Assembly: GCA_963728565.1 (NCBI GenBank)
Contig: CAVSLC010000013.1
Location: 128,001-192,000, forward strand
Reading direction: 5' to 3'
Length of the DNA stretch: 64,000 bases
Source of the DNA: an uncultured delta proteobacterium
GTDB lineage: Bacteria; Desulfobacterota; Binatia; UBA9968
A program made the position numbers and the translations under genes. Position 1 is the first letter of the stretch. Each line of letters opens with the position of its first letter. The notes under the pieces were generated by a model. The model was not told the DNA's origin. It did no database searches and saw nothing but the letters and a program-made list of their open reading frames with translations. Below are positions 54,985-64,000 of the stretch, piece after piece.

Positions 54985-55104
54985 AGGGCCTGGATGATAG
55001 TTCGATTTTTTCTATGGATCAATAAGAAATTATTAATTTGTCGAATGATTGCGCCGGTCTTATGGTTGGACAGAATCTGTGTGTCGCGAAAGGAAAGCAA
55101 TGCC

Positions 55105-55533
55105 ATGTCAGCGATTCGCAACTTGTTTTCTTCAGAAGATAGCGGACGGCTTTTCGAACCCGATACTGTTCTCAGCGCGCAATACTACGCATCTCATAAA
55201 GTTAGTCCGTATAAGCAGCCGGAGCTCCGCTTGATGGCTGCGGTACTCGAGGATGCGATCTCCTGCTTGTCGCTAAAAACACGTTCCGCTACAGCCCGAC
55301 AACGAAAACAAATTGACAACGCCTGGGAGTGGTTCGCAGCAGAGGATGATAGCGAATGGATTTTCTCATTCAAGAACATCTGTGAGGCTTTAGGGATCGA
55401 TCCAGCATACTTGCGCCGCGGCTTGATTCGATGGAACGGCGGAACGGAATCAGCTTCCGCCGGGGCCCGGCCAAGTGCTAGAGCCGCATCCTCAGCGCGG
55501 CCGACAAAAATCAGACTGCGCGCCGGCTCATGA
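55105..55533 (+). CDS. Conserved-looking hypothetical protein
   Basis: AAGGA RBS; RLMAAVLEDAI...WIFSFKNICEALGIDPAYLRRGL; divergent from nhaR. Confidence 0.7.
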   Translation: MSAIRNLFSSEDSGRLFEPDTVLSAQYYASHKVSPYKQPELRLMAAVLEDAISCLSLKTRSATARQRKQIDNAWEWFAAEDDSEWIFSFKNICEALGIDPAYLRRGLIRWNGGTESASAGARPSARAASSARPTKIRLRAGS

Positions 55534-55918
55534 CCGCCCGGAATAGACTGCGCGAAATTCGACCGTAAACGCGAGTGATTCAATTCACCGAGAAGCTGGA
55601 CAACTCCGGCAAGTATAGCCGTCGTCCATCCGATTCATCTGCAAGCGCCATTTCGAATACATCGGACAGATTGGCGGCTGTACTCGGTACGCAAGATACT
55701 CCCTTGGCGCTGTGGGTATTGTTTTGGAGATCCTGCCCGGGTTCATTTGCCTCAAGCTGCGCTTATCGTCCGTCGCGTCTAAATTCAGCGCTCTAGATCA
55801 TTCCAGCTACACGTTTCAAGCCGGCGATAAAAAGACGCCGCGATTGTCTTGACATCGGGCGAAGCAGAACGATAGAACGAGCCTGTCATCGCTAAATGAC
55901 TGGCCAAAGGAGACCGTT

Positions 55919-57451
55919 ATGTCGCCAATGTTTCGAAAATTCTGCCTGCTGATGTCGTTGACGTCGATCATCCTCATCGCTGGCGTGGAGCGACCGTCAG
56001 CTCAAACCCGGGTTTCAATCGGCGTCACGGAAACCATTGAGACAGTCAATCCATACGGCGACAGCGTCTCGCTCCTGTACGGTATTTGGAGCGAAATCAC
56101 CGGACCGTTTTGCACCTACAATTATGACAAAGGAGATTTCGAAGGGCGCCTCGCCGAGCGTTGGAAGGTGGAGAACCCGAACACCTGGGTTTTCTATCTG
56201 AACAAAAGCTATCGCTTCAACGACGGTTCCGAAGTGACCGCCGACGACGTTGTCCATTCGATGATGAATCGGGTCATCAAGGATCCGCAATCCAAGCAGA
56301 AAGCATCGGTGGCGGGCCCCATCGTCAAAGCAGAGGCTGTCGATAAGCACACTGTAAGATTTACCACTGATAAACCTTCGGCGCCGCTGCTCGGCTTTGT
56401 TTGTGACCGGCTAATCGTGACGAGCAAGGCGATATTCGATAAATTTGGCCGCGATGTCGCCGACAAGGAGCATATGCTTGGCGCAGGCCCATACCGGCTC
56501 AAGGAACTTATTCCCGGCCAGCGTATGGTCATCGTCAAGCGCTCGGATCATCCAGAGGCGAAAAAACGTCCGAACGCTCCGGATGAAATCGTTTATCGCG
56601 TCATGCGCGAGACCGAACAACGGGTCACCGCATTGCTCAACGGGGAAATTCAGATCGCTCAATTCATCCCACCGCACTTGCGCCAGCGTGTCGAGAAATC
56701 GCCCAACTTAAAGATTATCCCCACCGACTCAGTCGAGATCATGTTTCTCGCCATGCAACCCAAGCCTCCCTTCGATAAAAAAGAAGTGCGCCAGGCGGTT
56801 TGTCATGCAATCAACCGCGACCAGATCATCAGTACCCTGCTGGAAGGATTCGCCAGCCGTCTCGACGGACCCATCGGTCCCGGACAGTATGGTTACGATC
56901 CTAATTTGAAACCGAAGTTGGATTACGATCCGGAACGATCGAAGAAACTCTTGGCGCAAGCAGGCTATCCTAACGGCGTCGATGTAGAGCTCCAGACTCC
57001 CGTAGGACGTTATACCTTGGACAAACAACTGACCGAAGCGATGATCCCCATGCTAAATGCCGCTGGATTCCGCGCCAAACTCTCGACTCCCGAGTGGCCG
57101 ACACTTTGGGCCAATGTTCAAAAGGGAACCGTGCCTTTTTATTACATGGGCCGTGGTTCGGTTCAGGATCCCAGCGCCGCGCTGCACCAGTACTTTCATT
57201 CCAAAGAGACGCCGCGGATCGGCTATTCTAATTCCAAGCTCGATGAACTCTTGGACAAGGAACAGGCCGAGTTCGATCCAAAAAAACGCCGGCAATACCT
57301 GTCCGAGGCGATGAGTCTCATCACCGAGGAAGCGCCGGCCTGTTTTATGTGGCGCCACAAACTTCTCTGGGGCATGAACAATCGTATCGACTACAAACCG
57401 CTGCCGGATGCGCGGATCTTCGGCATGGATATCAAAGTGGTAAAAAAGTAG
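55919..57451 (+). CDS. ABC transporter substrate-binding protein, family 5 (Dpp/Opp type)
   Basis: Signal peptide; LAERW, FNDGSEVTADDV, GAGPY, VRQAVCHAINR. Confidence 0.93.
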   Translation: MSPMFRKFCLLMSLTSIILIAGVERPSAQTRVSIGVTETIETVNPYGDSVSLLYGIWSEITGPFCTYNYDKGDFEGRLAERWKVENPNTWVFYLNKSYRFNDGSEVTADDVVHSMMNRVIKDPQSKQKASVAGPIVKAEAVDKHTVRFTTDKPSAPLLGFVCDRLIVTSKAIFDKFGRDVADKEHMLGAGPYRLKELIPGQRMVIVKRSDHPEAKKRPNAPDEIVYRVMRETEQRVTALLNGEIQIAQFIPPHLRQRVEKSPNLKIIPTDSVEIMFLAMQPKPPFDKKEVRQAVCHAINRDQIISTLLEGFASRLDGPIGPGQYGYDPNLKPKLDYDPERSKKLLAQAGYPNGVDVELQTPVGRYTLDKQLTEAMIPMLNAAGFRAKLSTPEWPTLWANVQKGTVPFYYMGRGSVQDPSAALHQYFHSKETPRIGYSNSKLDELLDKEQAEFDPKKRRQYLSEAMSLITEEAPACFMWRHKLLWGMNNRIDYKPLPDARIFGMDIKVVKK

Positions 57452-57507
57452 CGGCTGCCATTGTAGTGGGTGAACCAGGATTATAAATCTGGACCAAAGG
57501 CGCACGG

Positions 57508-58386
57508 ATGACCGGAGAAAAATTCGTCGACGTAGACGGCATAAGAACACGCTATTTCGACAAAGGCGACGGACCGGTCGTCGTATTGTTTCACGGCGGC
57601 CATTTTGGTTCCAACGACGCGGCCGATTGCGCTGAAGACTGGGGCCTGAACTTTGACGGACTGGCTAAGTGGTTCCACGTTTATGCGGTAGACAAGATCG
57701 GTCAAGGCCATACCGACAATCCTAAAACGGATGACGATTACACCATGTCGACCGTGGTTCGGCACGCTTACGGTTTTCTTAAAGCTCTCAATCTGCGCAA
57801 CGTCCATCCCGTGGGGCATTCCCGGGGCGCGTATTTGGTAGCGCGACTGACCTTGGAACATCCCGAGCTCTTTCGATCGTGTATTTTGGCGGACACGAAT
57901 ACTCTGGCGCCCGGCATCAGTAAAAACGAGACGGTCATGGCAAACCCGCCGCTGCCACGGCTGAGCCGAGAGAGCCAACGGTGGGTGCTGCAGCGGTACT
58001 CCTTCGCCTTCGAGCACATCACCGAGGAATGGCTCGAGGCGATGATGCGGATTGCGGCGCTGCAGAAATACCAGGAAGCAGTGACCAAGATGGAAAACGC
58101 GGGTCTCAGAACAATCCGCTTTCTACCCCATCTGGCTAGGCAGAAGGACGAAACGCTAGGATGGATCCGGGAGCGCGGCTTGGCCAAGCCGACCTTACTG
58201 GTTTGGGGTTACAACGATCCCACGGCGACGTTGGATCAAGGTCAGGCTTTGTTCGACCTGCTTGCGCGTAGTACGCCGGATTCGCGGATGCAGGTTTTCA
58301 ATCGGGCCGGTCATTTTACCTATCGGGAGCACCCGGTCGAATTCAATGAGTTGCTGCGATCGTTTATCCAGCGAAACAGCGGGTAA
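57508..58386 (+). CDS. Alpha/beta hydrolase (resembles meta-cleavage-product hydrolases)
   Basis: HGG, nucleophile elbow GHSRGA, WGYND, AGHF. Confidence 0.88.
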   Translation: MTGEKFVDVDGIRTRYFDKGDGPVVVLFHGGHFGSNDAADCAEDWGLNFDGLAKWFHVYAVDKIGQGHTDNPKTDDDYTMSTVVRHAYGFLKALNLRNVHPVGHSRGAYLVARLTLEHPELFRSCILADTNTLAPGISKNETVMANPPLPRLSRESQRWVLQRYSFAFEHITEEWLEAMMRIAALQKYQEAVTKMENAGLRTIRFLPHLARQKDETLGWIRERGLAKPTLLVWGYNDPTATLDQGQALFDLLARSTPDSRMQVFNRAGHFTYREHPVEFNELLRSFIQRNSG

Positions 58387-58435
58387 ACGCGAACAGATGG
58401 CGAGAAATTCGTAAACGTTTGAAAGATTCGATAAG

Positions 58436-59437
58436 GTGGCAAGTTATCTCCTTCATCGACTCGCTGGCACGATTCCAGTTCTTCTTCTCATTAGTCTGCT
58501 TGTTTTCCTGCTCATTCATGCGGCGCCGGGCGATCCAACGCTGCTCCTCCTGGGGGAAGAAACCAATGCGGCGGAAGTCGCTAGGGCCAAGGAGCGTTGG
58601 GGATTGGATCGGCCGTTGTACGTTCAGTATCTCAAATTTCTCAACTCGGCGGTTGCCGGAGATTTCGGCAAGTCTTTTAAATACGGCGAGGCGGTGACTA
58701 GTGTCATCAAATCGCGACTGCCTGCGACTATAGAGCTGGCGGTTTTCTCTATCATTATCGCAACTTGTCTGGCCATTCCATTAGGGGTATGGGCTGGCTC
58801 GCGACCCAATTCATGGCTCGACAATTTCGGAACGACGTTCGGCCTTTTCGGGATCAGCATGCCCAGCTTCTGGCTTGCCATCATGCTGATTCTGCTTATG
58901 GCCGGGATCCTCAATCTCCTGCCGACCTCCGGGCGCAGTACCTACGGTGTCGCTGGACCCGAACAGACCGGTTTCTACATACTGGATAGTCTTCTGCAGC
59001 AAAACTGGCCGGCGGCTTGGGATGCGCTCAGACACATTTTGTTGCCGGCCTTGGCCCTCGGCGTCAATATGCTGGGAATCTTAATGCGCGTTACACGGTC
59101 GTCAATTCTTGAGGTGATGAACGAAGAGTACGTCACCACCGCCCGCGCAAAGGGATTGGCGGAACGTAGAGTCGTCTGGCGCCACGTCATTAGCAACGCT
59201 CTGATCCCGGTGATTACAGTGGTGGGCCTGGAGCTTGGGACTCTGCTAAGCGGCTCGATCATCGTAGAAACCGTGTTCGCATGGCCAGGCAGTGGCAGTC
59301 TGCTGATTACCGCTCTTAATTCGCGCGACTATCCTCTGGTCACGGGTCTGGTGATGAGCTATACCGTGGCATTTGTCATCATTAATCTAATTATCGATGG
59401 ATTATATGCGGTCATTGACCCTCGAATCCGCTTCTGA
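58436..59437 (+). CDS. ABC transporter permease (DppB-like)
   Basis: PGDP, GLDRP..QY, EAA motif TARAKGL, IDPRIR. Confidence 0.93.
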   Translation: MASYLLHRLAGTIPVLLLISLLVFLLIHAAPGDPTLLLLGEETNAAEVARAKERWGLDRPLYVQYLKFLNSAVAGDFGKSFKYGEAVTSVIKSRLPATIELAVFSIIIATCLAIPLGVWAGSRPNSWLDNFGTTFGLFGISMPSFWLAIMLILLMAGILNLLPTSGRSTYGVAGPEQTGFYILDSLLQQNWPAAWDALRHILLPALALGVNMLGILMRVTRSSILEVMNEEYVTTARAKGLAERRVVWRHVISNALIPVITVVGLELGTLLSGSIIVETVFAWPGSGSLLITALNSRDYPLVTGLVMSYTVAFVIINLIIDGLYAVIDPRIRF

Positions 59438-60302
59438 AAAGACTCCCGGCGCAGTCTCGAGCGCGTTAGGACGGCTTCATGCAAAAGCATTCAGCGGCGG
59501 TTCAATCGTCGTGATTTTTATCCTCCTCGGAATCTTCGGTCCGTCGCTCGCGCCCTACGATCCAAACAAGCAGGAACTCACGGCAATGATGAAGCCGCCA
59601 CAAGGGATGGGCGGCGCGCACGTGCTTGGCACAGACAATTTGGGACGTGACATTTTGAGCCGCATTGTTTATGGCGCGCGGGTTTCGCTCCTTGTGGCAT
59701 TTGCGGTGGTTTTCGTTTCCGGCCTCATTGGTGTCCTCCTGGGCGCAATATCCGGATATATCGGTGGCAAAGCCGACTTCCTCATTCAAAAATTGGTGGA
59801 GGTCGTCTGGGCGTTTCCGCCGCTTTTGCTCGGCATCACCATCATGGCCTTCCTTGGTCAGGGTCTAACCAACCTGATCTTCGCCTTGGTTGCGCAGCGC
59901 TGGATTCCTTACTGCCGAGTGGTGCGCGGACAAACTCTCTCCCTGCGCGAGCGCGACTTTGTTATGGCGGCTCGCTGTCTTGGCGCGACCAAAAGCCAGA
60001 TTATCGGGCGCCACATTCTTCCCAATCTGATTCAAACATCGATGGTAATCGGCACCTTTGCGATGGCATCGTCAATTATCGCTGAAGCCAGCTTGAGTTT
60101 TCTCGGTGTCGGTGTGCCGCCGGACATTCCCACGTGGGGTACCATGCTTGCGGATGCGCGCATCTACATCAGCACTTCATGGTGGATGCCGCTGTTTCCC
60201 GGCCTGTGTATCTTCATAACGGTTTTGGGCATAAACCTGCTCGGCGATGCCCTGCGCGACATTCTCGACCCGCGGCTAAAAAGAACCGGCTCCGGCGTTT
60301 AA
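59397..60302 (+). CDS. ABC transporter permease (DppC-like)
   Basis: LGTDNLGRD, AARCLGA, HILPN, NLLGDALRD; exact start uncertain. Confidence 0.92.
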   Translation: MDYMRSLTLESASEKTPGAVSSALGRLHAKAFSGGSIVVIFILLGIFGPSLAPYDPNKQELTAMMKPPQGMGGAHVLGTDNLGRDILSRIVYGARVSLLVAFAVVFVSGLIGVLLGAISGYIGGKADFLIQKLVEVVWAFPPLLLGITIMAFLGQGLTNLIFALVAQRWIPYCRVVRGQTLSLRERDFVMAARCLGATKSQIIGRHILPNLIQTSMVIGTFAMASSIIAEASLSFLGVGVPPDIPTWGTMLADARIYISTSWWMPLFPGLCIFITVLGINLLGDALRDILDPRLKRTGSGV

Positions 60303-60426
60303 GGTCGCATCAGCAATTCGGTTAATGCCGCCTTTCCGGATAAAATTCCGTTAGTAGCTAAAGCCTAACCCCACCTCAAGCTGCGCTTTCATTGATTCTC
60401 TTAACAACACATGTAATTTTAATAAA

Positions 60427-61830
60427 ATGCGTAGAACCAAGATCGTTTGCACCATCGGTCCGGCCAGTGCCTCAAGCAAAGTTCTTAAAGGCCTCATTCA
60501 AGCCGGCATGAACGTGGCGCGCCTGAACTTTAGCCACGGCGACTACTCTTTTCACAAACAGGTGATTCAAAACATCCGTCAAATCGCCCGCCGGCTCGAC
60601 AAACCTGTGGCGATCTTGCAGGATTTGGCCGGACCCAAGCTTCGTCTCGGACCGGTGGCTGCCGACCGGGTACGCTTGACGACGCGGCGCCCTTTCGTCC
60701 TGACTACCCGGCAGATTCTCGGTTCTGAGCTGGCGGTTTCGGTCAACTACAAAGGTTTGACCCGCGCGGTAAAGAAAGGCGATCCGATTTTGCTCGGAGA
60801 TGGCGAGATCGAGCTCGAAGCGGTCAAAGTCGGCCCCACTGAAGTGACCTGCAAGATTATCTTCGGAGGCATTCTGGGGTCGCACAAAGGTATTCACTTT
60901 CCGCGCAGCAGTTTGGATGTGCGCTCGCTCACTGCTCGCGATAAGCAGGATCTTGCGTTCGGCATCGAGCAGAAAGTAGATCTGGTTGCTCTGTCTTTTG
61001 TGCGTAACAGCGAAGACATCGTCTATGCGCGGCGCGAGATGAAGTACCGCGGCGCCTCGATCCCGATCATTGCAAAAATCGAGAAACATGAAGCGCTCGA
61101 CCATATTGACGCCATCCTCGAGAAAGTCGACGGCATTATGGTGGCGCGCGGCGATCTAGGTTTAGAGATCGCGCCGGAGAGAATTCCGGCGATGCAAAAG
61201 ATGATGATCCGCAAGGCCAATGCTCTTGGCAAGCCGGTCATCACTGCAACTCAGATGCTACGCTCCATGGTTCAGAACCCGCGCCCGACCCGCGCCGAGG
61301 TCGCAGATATCGCCAATGCTGTGCTGGACGGCACCGATGCGCTGATGCTGTCTGAAGAGTCGGCGGCCGGTGACTACCCGGTCGAGTCGGTGCGAACAAT
61401 GGCCCGAGTCGCGGAAGAGACCGAGCAGATTCTCGAGCCACGTTATCAATTCGCCGGCCGCAGGCAGAGCGTTCCCGAAGCGATCAGTTTTGCAGCGATT
61501 TCCCTGGCGCGAGACTTGAACGTCAAAGCGTTTCTAATTCCTACTTCTTCCGGCAGCACCGCTCGAATGATTTCGCGTTACCGCCCGCCTCATCCGATCA
61601 TTGCAATCAGTCCGGAACCCCAAGCCGTAAAAATGCTTTGTCTGGTTTGGGGCGTCTATCCAGTGCAGGTGCCTGGGTTTCAGAGCACCGATGTGATGTT
61701 GAAAGTCGCGCAGCAAAAATCAGTCAAACTCGGCTTCGTCAAACGCGGCGATCTTGTCGCCATCACCGCCGGCCTTCCGCTGCATCAGGCGGGTACGACT
61801 AACATGATTACCGTCAAAGTTGTCGAGTGA
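60427..61830 (+). CDS. pyk: Pyruvate kinase
   Basis: TKIVCTIGPAS, RLNFSHG, AKIE, MVARGDLG, ATQML.SM, PTRAE. Confidence 0.97.
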   Translation: MRRTKIVCTIGPASASSKVLKGLIQAGMNVARLNFSHGDYSFHKQVIQNIRQIARRLDKPVAILQDLAGPKLRLGPVAADRVRLTTRRPFVLTTRQILGSELAVSVNYKGLTRAVKKGDPILLGDGEIELEAVKVGPTEVTCKIIFGGILGSHKGIHFPRSSLDVRSLTARDKQDLAFGIEQKVDLVALSFVRNSEDIVYARREMKYRGASIPIIAKIEKHEALDHIDAILEKVDGIMVARGDLGLEIAPERIPAMQKMMIRKANALGKPVITATQMLRSMVQNPRPTRAEVADIANAVLDGTDALMLSEESAAGDYPVESVRTMARVAEETEQILEPRYQFAGRRQSVPEAISFAAISLARDLNVKAFLIPTSSGSTARMISRYRPPHPIIAISPEPQAVKMLCLVWGVYPVQVPGFQSTDVMLKVAQQKSVKLGFVKRGDLVAITAGLPLHQAGTTNMITVKVVE

Positions 61831-62119
61831 TTGTTGCCGCCGCGGGCAATTTCCATCTGAGAACTCTTGGATCCGGCGATGGTTTTGGCCATGCCATAAA
61901 TTATAGGGCGGGTTGGCACCTGCCCTATCGGCAACTGGCAATGCTAACGCACCGACTTGCGCGTCCCTTCATCTTCATTCCTTCATAGCGCATCGATTTT
62001 TTCATTTAACGGCACCGTTAGCTTCCCGTTCTGTTTCTCTGGACTATCGAAGTCACGCCTTGCAAGCGTGACTCAAAGTGGGCTAGAACCACAATCAATC
62101 ACCATGGAGGTAACGAGCC

Positions 62120-63130
62120 ATGTCCGAGCTACTCAAAGCGTTCGAGGATGAACTTCAGAGCAAAAACTTCAAAGGCTATTGGCAAAATATTCAAGGGGAT
62201 GTTCATCGAGAACCGGTTCCGTCGTATGAACCTTGTCACTGGAGGGGCAAAGATCTCTTTGCCGCCATCGAGAAAGCCGGCGAGGTTGTCGGGCTTGATC
62301 TGTCGTTTCGGCGGGTGATTCAACTCTGGAATCCATCGCTAAAGAACGGCACGACCCGGACTTTAGTATTGAACCTGCAGATGCTGAAGTCCGGCGAGGA
62401 AGCTCTTAGCCATCGTCACATCGCCGGTGCGGTCCGTTTTGTTGTTAAAGGGAGCGGCGCCCGGCTGATCGTCGAAGGGGAGTCTTTCGAAATCGGCGAA
62501 GGAGACTTTGCAACGACGCCGAGTTGGACCTGGCATGATCACGAAAATAACGCAGGTCAAACGATGCTCTGGCTAGATGGCTTGGATTCGCCGCTAGTCC
62601 GGCTGCTCGAAACCGACTTTCACGAACCAGATCCGCGCAAGAAGCAAACCGTAAACAAGCCCGAAGGTTATTCGGCATCAACGCTCGGAGCATTGCGGCC
62701 GTCATGGATGCGGGCGCACGGCATTCAACCTCCGGCATTTGCCTACAAGTGGTCCGACACTGAAAAGACCCTGAACAAAGTCGGCGAGCAACCTGGCGAC
62801 CCCTACGATGGCATCGTCTTGGACTATGCCAATCCGCTCACCGGCGGCCCCACTCTACCGACCATGTCTTGCCAGATCCACATGCTCCGCTCGGGCGAGA
62901 AGACCAAAAGCCATCGTCACACGAGTTCAACGATCTATTATGTTCATCGCGGCAGCGGCGTAAGCACCATCGGTGATAAACGCTACGAATGGGAACAAGG
63001 CGACTCGTTCGTTGTGCCCCTCTGGTACCATCATCATCATGAGAACACCGCCAAAGATCCGGCTATTTTTTTCGTCATGTCCGACAAGCCCCTTATGGAT
63101 GCGATCGGCCATTATCGCGAACAGGCTTAG
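62120..63130 (+). CDS. Bicupin dioxygenase, gentisate 1,2-dioxygenase-like
   Basis: HRH..A.RF, TPSWTWHDH, WLDGLD.P, NPLTGG..PT, HRHTSS. Confidence 0.88.
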   Translation: MSELLKAFEDELQSKNFKGYWQNIQGDVHREPVPSYEPCHWRGKDLFAAIEKAGEVVGLDLSFRRVIQLWNPSLKNGTTRTLVLNLQMLKSGEEALSHRHIAGAVRFVVKGSGARLIVEGESFEIGEGDFATTPSWTWHDHENNAGQTMLWLDGLDSPLVRLLETDFHEPDPRKKQTVNKPEGYSASTLGALRPSWMRAHGIQPPAFAYKWSDTEKTLNKVGEQPGDPYDGIVLDYANPLTGGPTLPTMSCQIHMLRSGEKTKSHRHTSSTIYYVHRGSGVSTIGDKRYEWEQGDSFVVPLWYHHHHENTAKDPAIFFVMSDKPLMDAIGHYREQA

Positions 63131-63189
63131 GTGTATCTTGCCGGCCGTTTTAGAAAGATCGAGATACCATAGCCAGAGGGAGCAACGAG

Positions 63190-63936
63190 ATGTTCAATCT
63201 AACTGACCGACTAAGCCCCGACGAGTTCATCGATACCTTTTTCGAAGCTAATAAACGCGACCACCAACGCCCGCCGCACCCGTGGGACGCATTGTTTCGC
63301 GCTGGCCGGTGTACCAAGGAGCAGCTCCAGGGTTGGGCCAAGGAACGTTACTACTTCACCAAGCAGGTGCCCATCAAGGAATACTCAATTCTATACAATT
63401 GCCCCTTTCCGGAAGTGCGCCGATCCTGGCTGCCGAAGGCGATCGAAGAGGAAGGTGAAGATCTTATCGGCAAGCCGGGCAAGCCGCATCCTGAATACTG
63501 GTTGGACGTGTGTGAGGGTCTCGGTCTGGATCGCGAATTTGCCAAGAACTCAGAACCGCTTTATGGCGTAAAGTTCGCCGTCGACAGCTTCGCCACCGCC
63601 GCGTTCAAAGAGTCTTGGCTGATGGGGGTTGCGGTCTCCGAAGGAGACGATACCGCCAAGGCCATGATCCGTGACTTGGAGGTTTTCCGCAAACACTATA
63701 CCTGGGTTCCGGACGATGCGTTAGAATTTTATAAGTTGCATGCCGGCGTCGACGTGGAGCATGGCATTCTCCGGAAAGAGATATTGAAAAAATATGCGAC
63801 TACAAAGGAACTGCAGGAACAGTGCATCAACGCCCAGCTGATGAAAAACAATATGCGCCGCGTCATGGCGGATTGCATCTACATGGCGTATGTCGTTCAA
63901 GGCATGACTTGCGAGTCGACTAGCGCCGCGGCCTAG
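63190..63936 (+). CDS. Heme-oxygenase-like dimetal oxidase (PqqC/TenA/CADD superfamily)
   Basis: HPW, WAKERYY, EEEG...HPEYW..C.GLG, SEG, FYKLHAGVDVEH. Confidence 0.85.
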   Translation: MFNLTDRLSPDEFIDTFFEANKRDHQRPPHPWDALFRAGRCTKEQLQGWAKERYYFTKQVPIKEYSILYNCPFPEVRRSWLPKAIEEEGEDLIGKPGKPHPEYWLDVCEGLGLDREFAKNSEPLYGVKFAVDSFATAAFKESWLMGVAVSEGDDTAKAMIRDLEVFRKHYTWVPDDALEFYKLHAGVDVEHGILRKEILKKYATTKELQEQCINAQLMKNNMRRVMADCIYMAYVVQGMTCESTSAAA

Positions 63937-64000
63937 CGTGAACGCGAGAAATCGCCCGCCCGATGCTTGCGCTGTCGCCCATCACGTCTCATTTTTGGCC

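Overview
Bacterial chromosomal window (standard genetic code; gene content and style suggest a deltaproteobacterium-like organism such as Candidatus Binatia, which is inference only). It holds the ccmABCD heme-export genes and a long core operon (icd-mdh-sucCD-ndk-rlmN-mtnP-pfkB-GT2-ugd-uxs-epimerase-lepA-lepB). It also carries an Lhr helicase, catabolic genes (Xdh-family Mo subunit, UbiD, sulfatase), three tRNAs (Glu, Lys, Arg), miaB, coxDE-like genes, purEK, tag, a stand-alone dnaE2, nhaR, a Dpp-type ABC cluster, pyk and a cupin dioxygenase + heme-oxygenase-like (HDO) pair. Two features are missed by the ORF track. (1) A sulfide:quinone oxidoreductase-like flavoprotein has an in-frame TGA (37798-37800) at the position of the second catalytic Cys. 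A SECIS-like hairpin and 53 more conserved residues follow, so this is a probable selenoprotein. It ends a five-gene cluster (HDO, cyclase, DapA-like aldolase, small protein, Sec-SQR) lying between tRNA-Arg and dif. (2) A clear XerCD dif site at 38128-38155 marks where gene orientation flips. Six genes, including essential lepB, are broken by single-base insertions and an apparent fusion is explained the same way, which points to assembly errors rather than pseudogenes.
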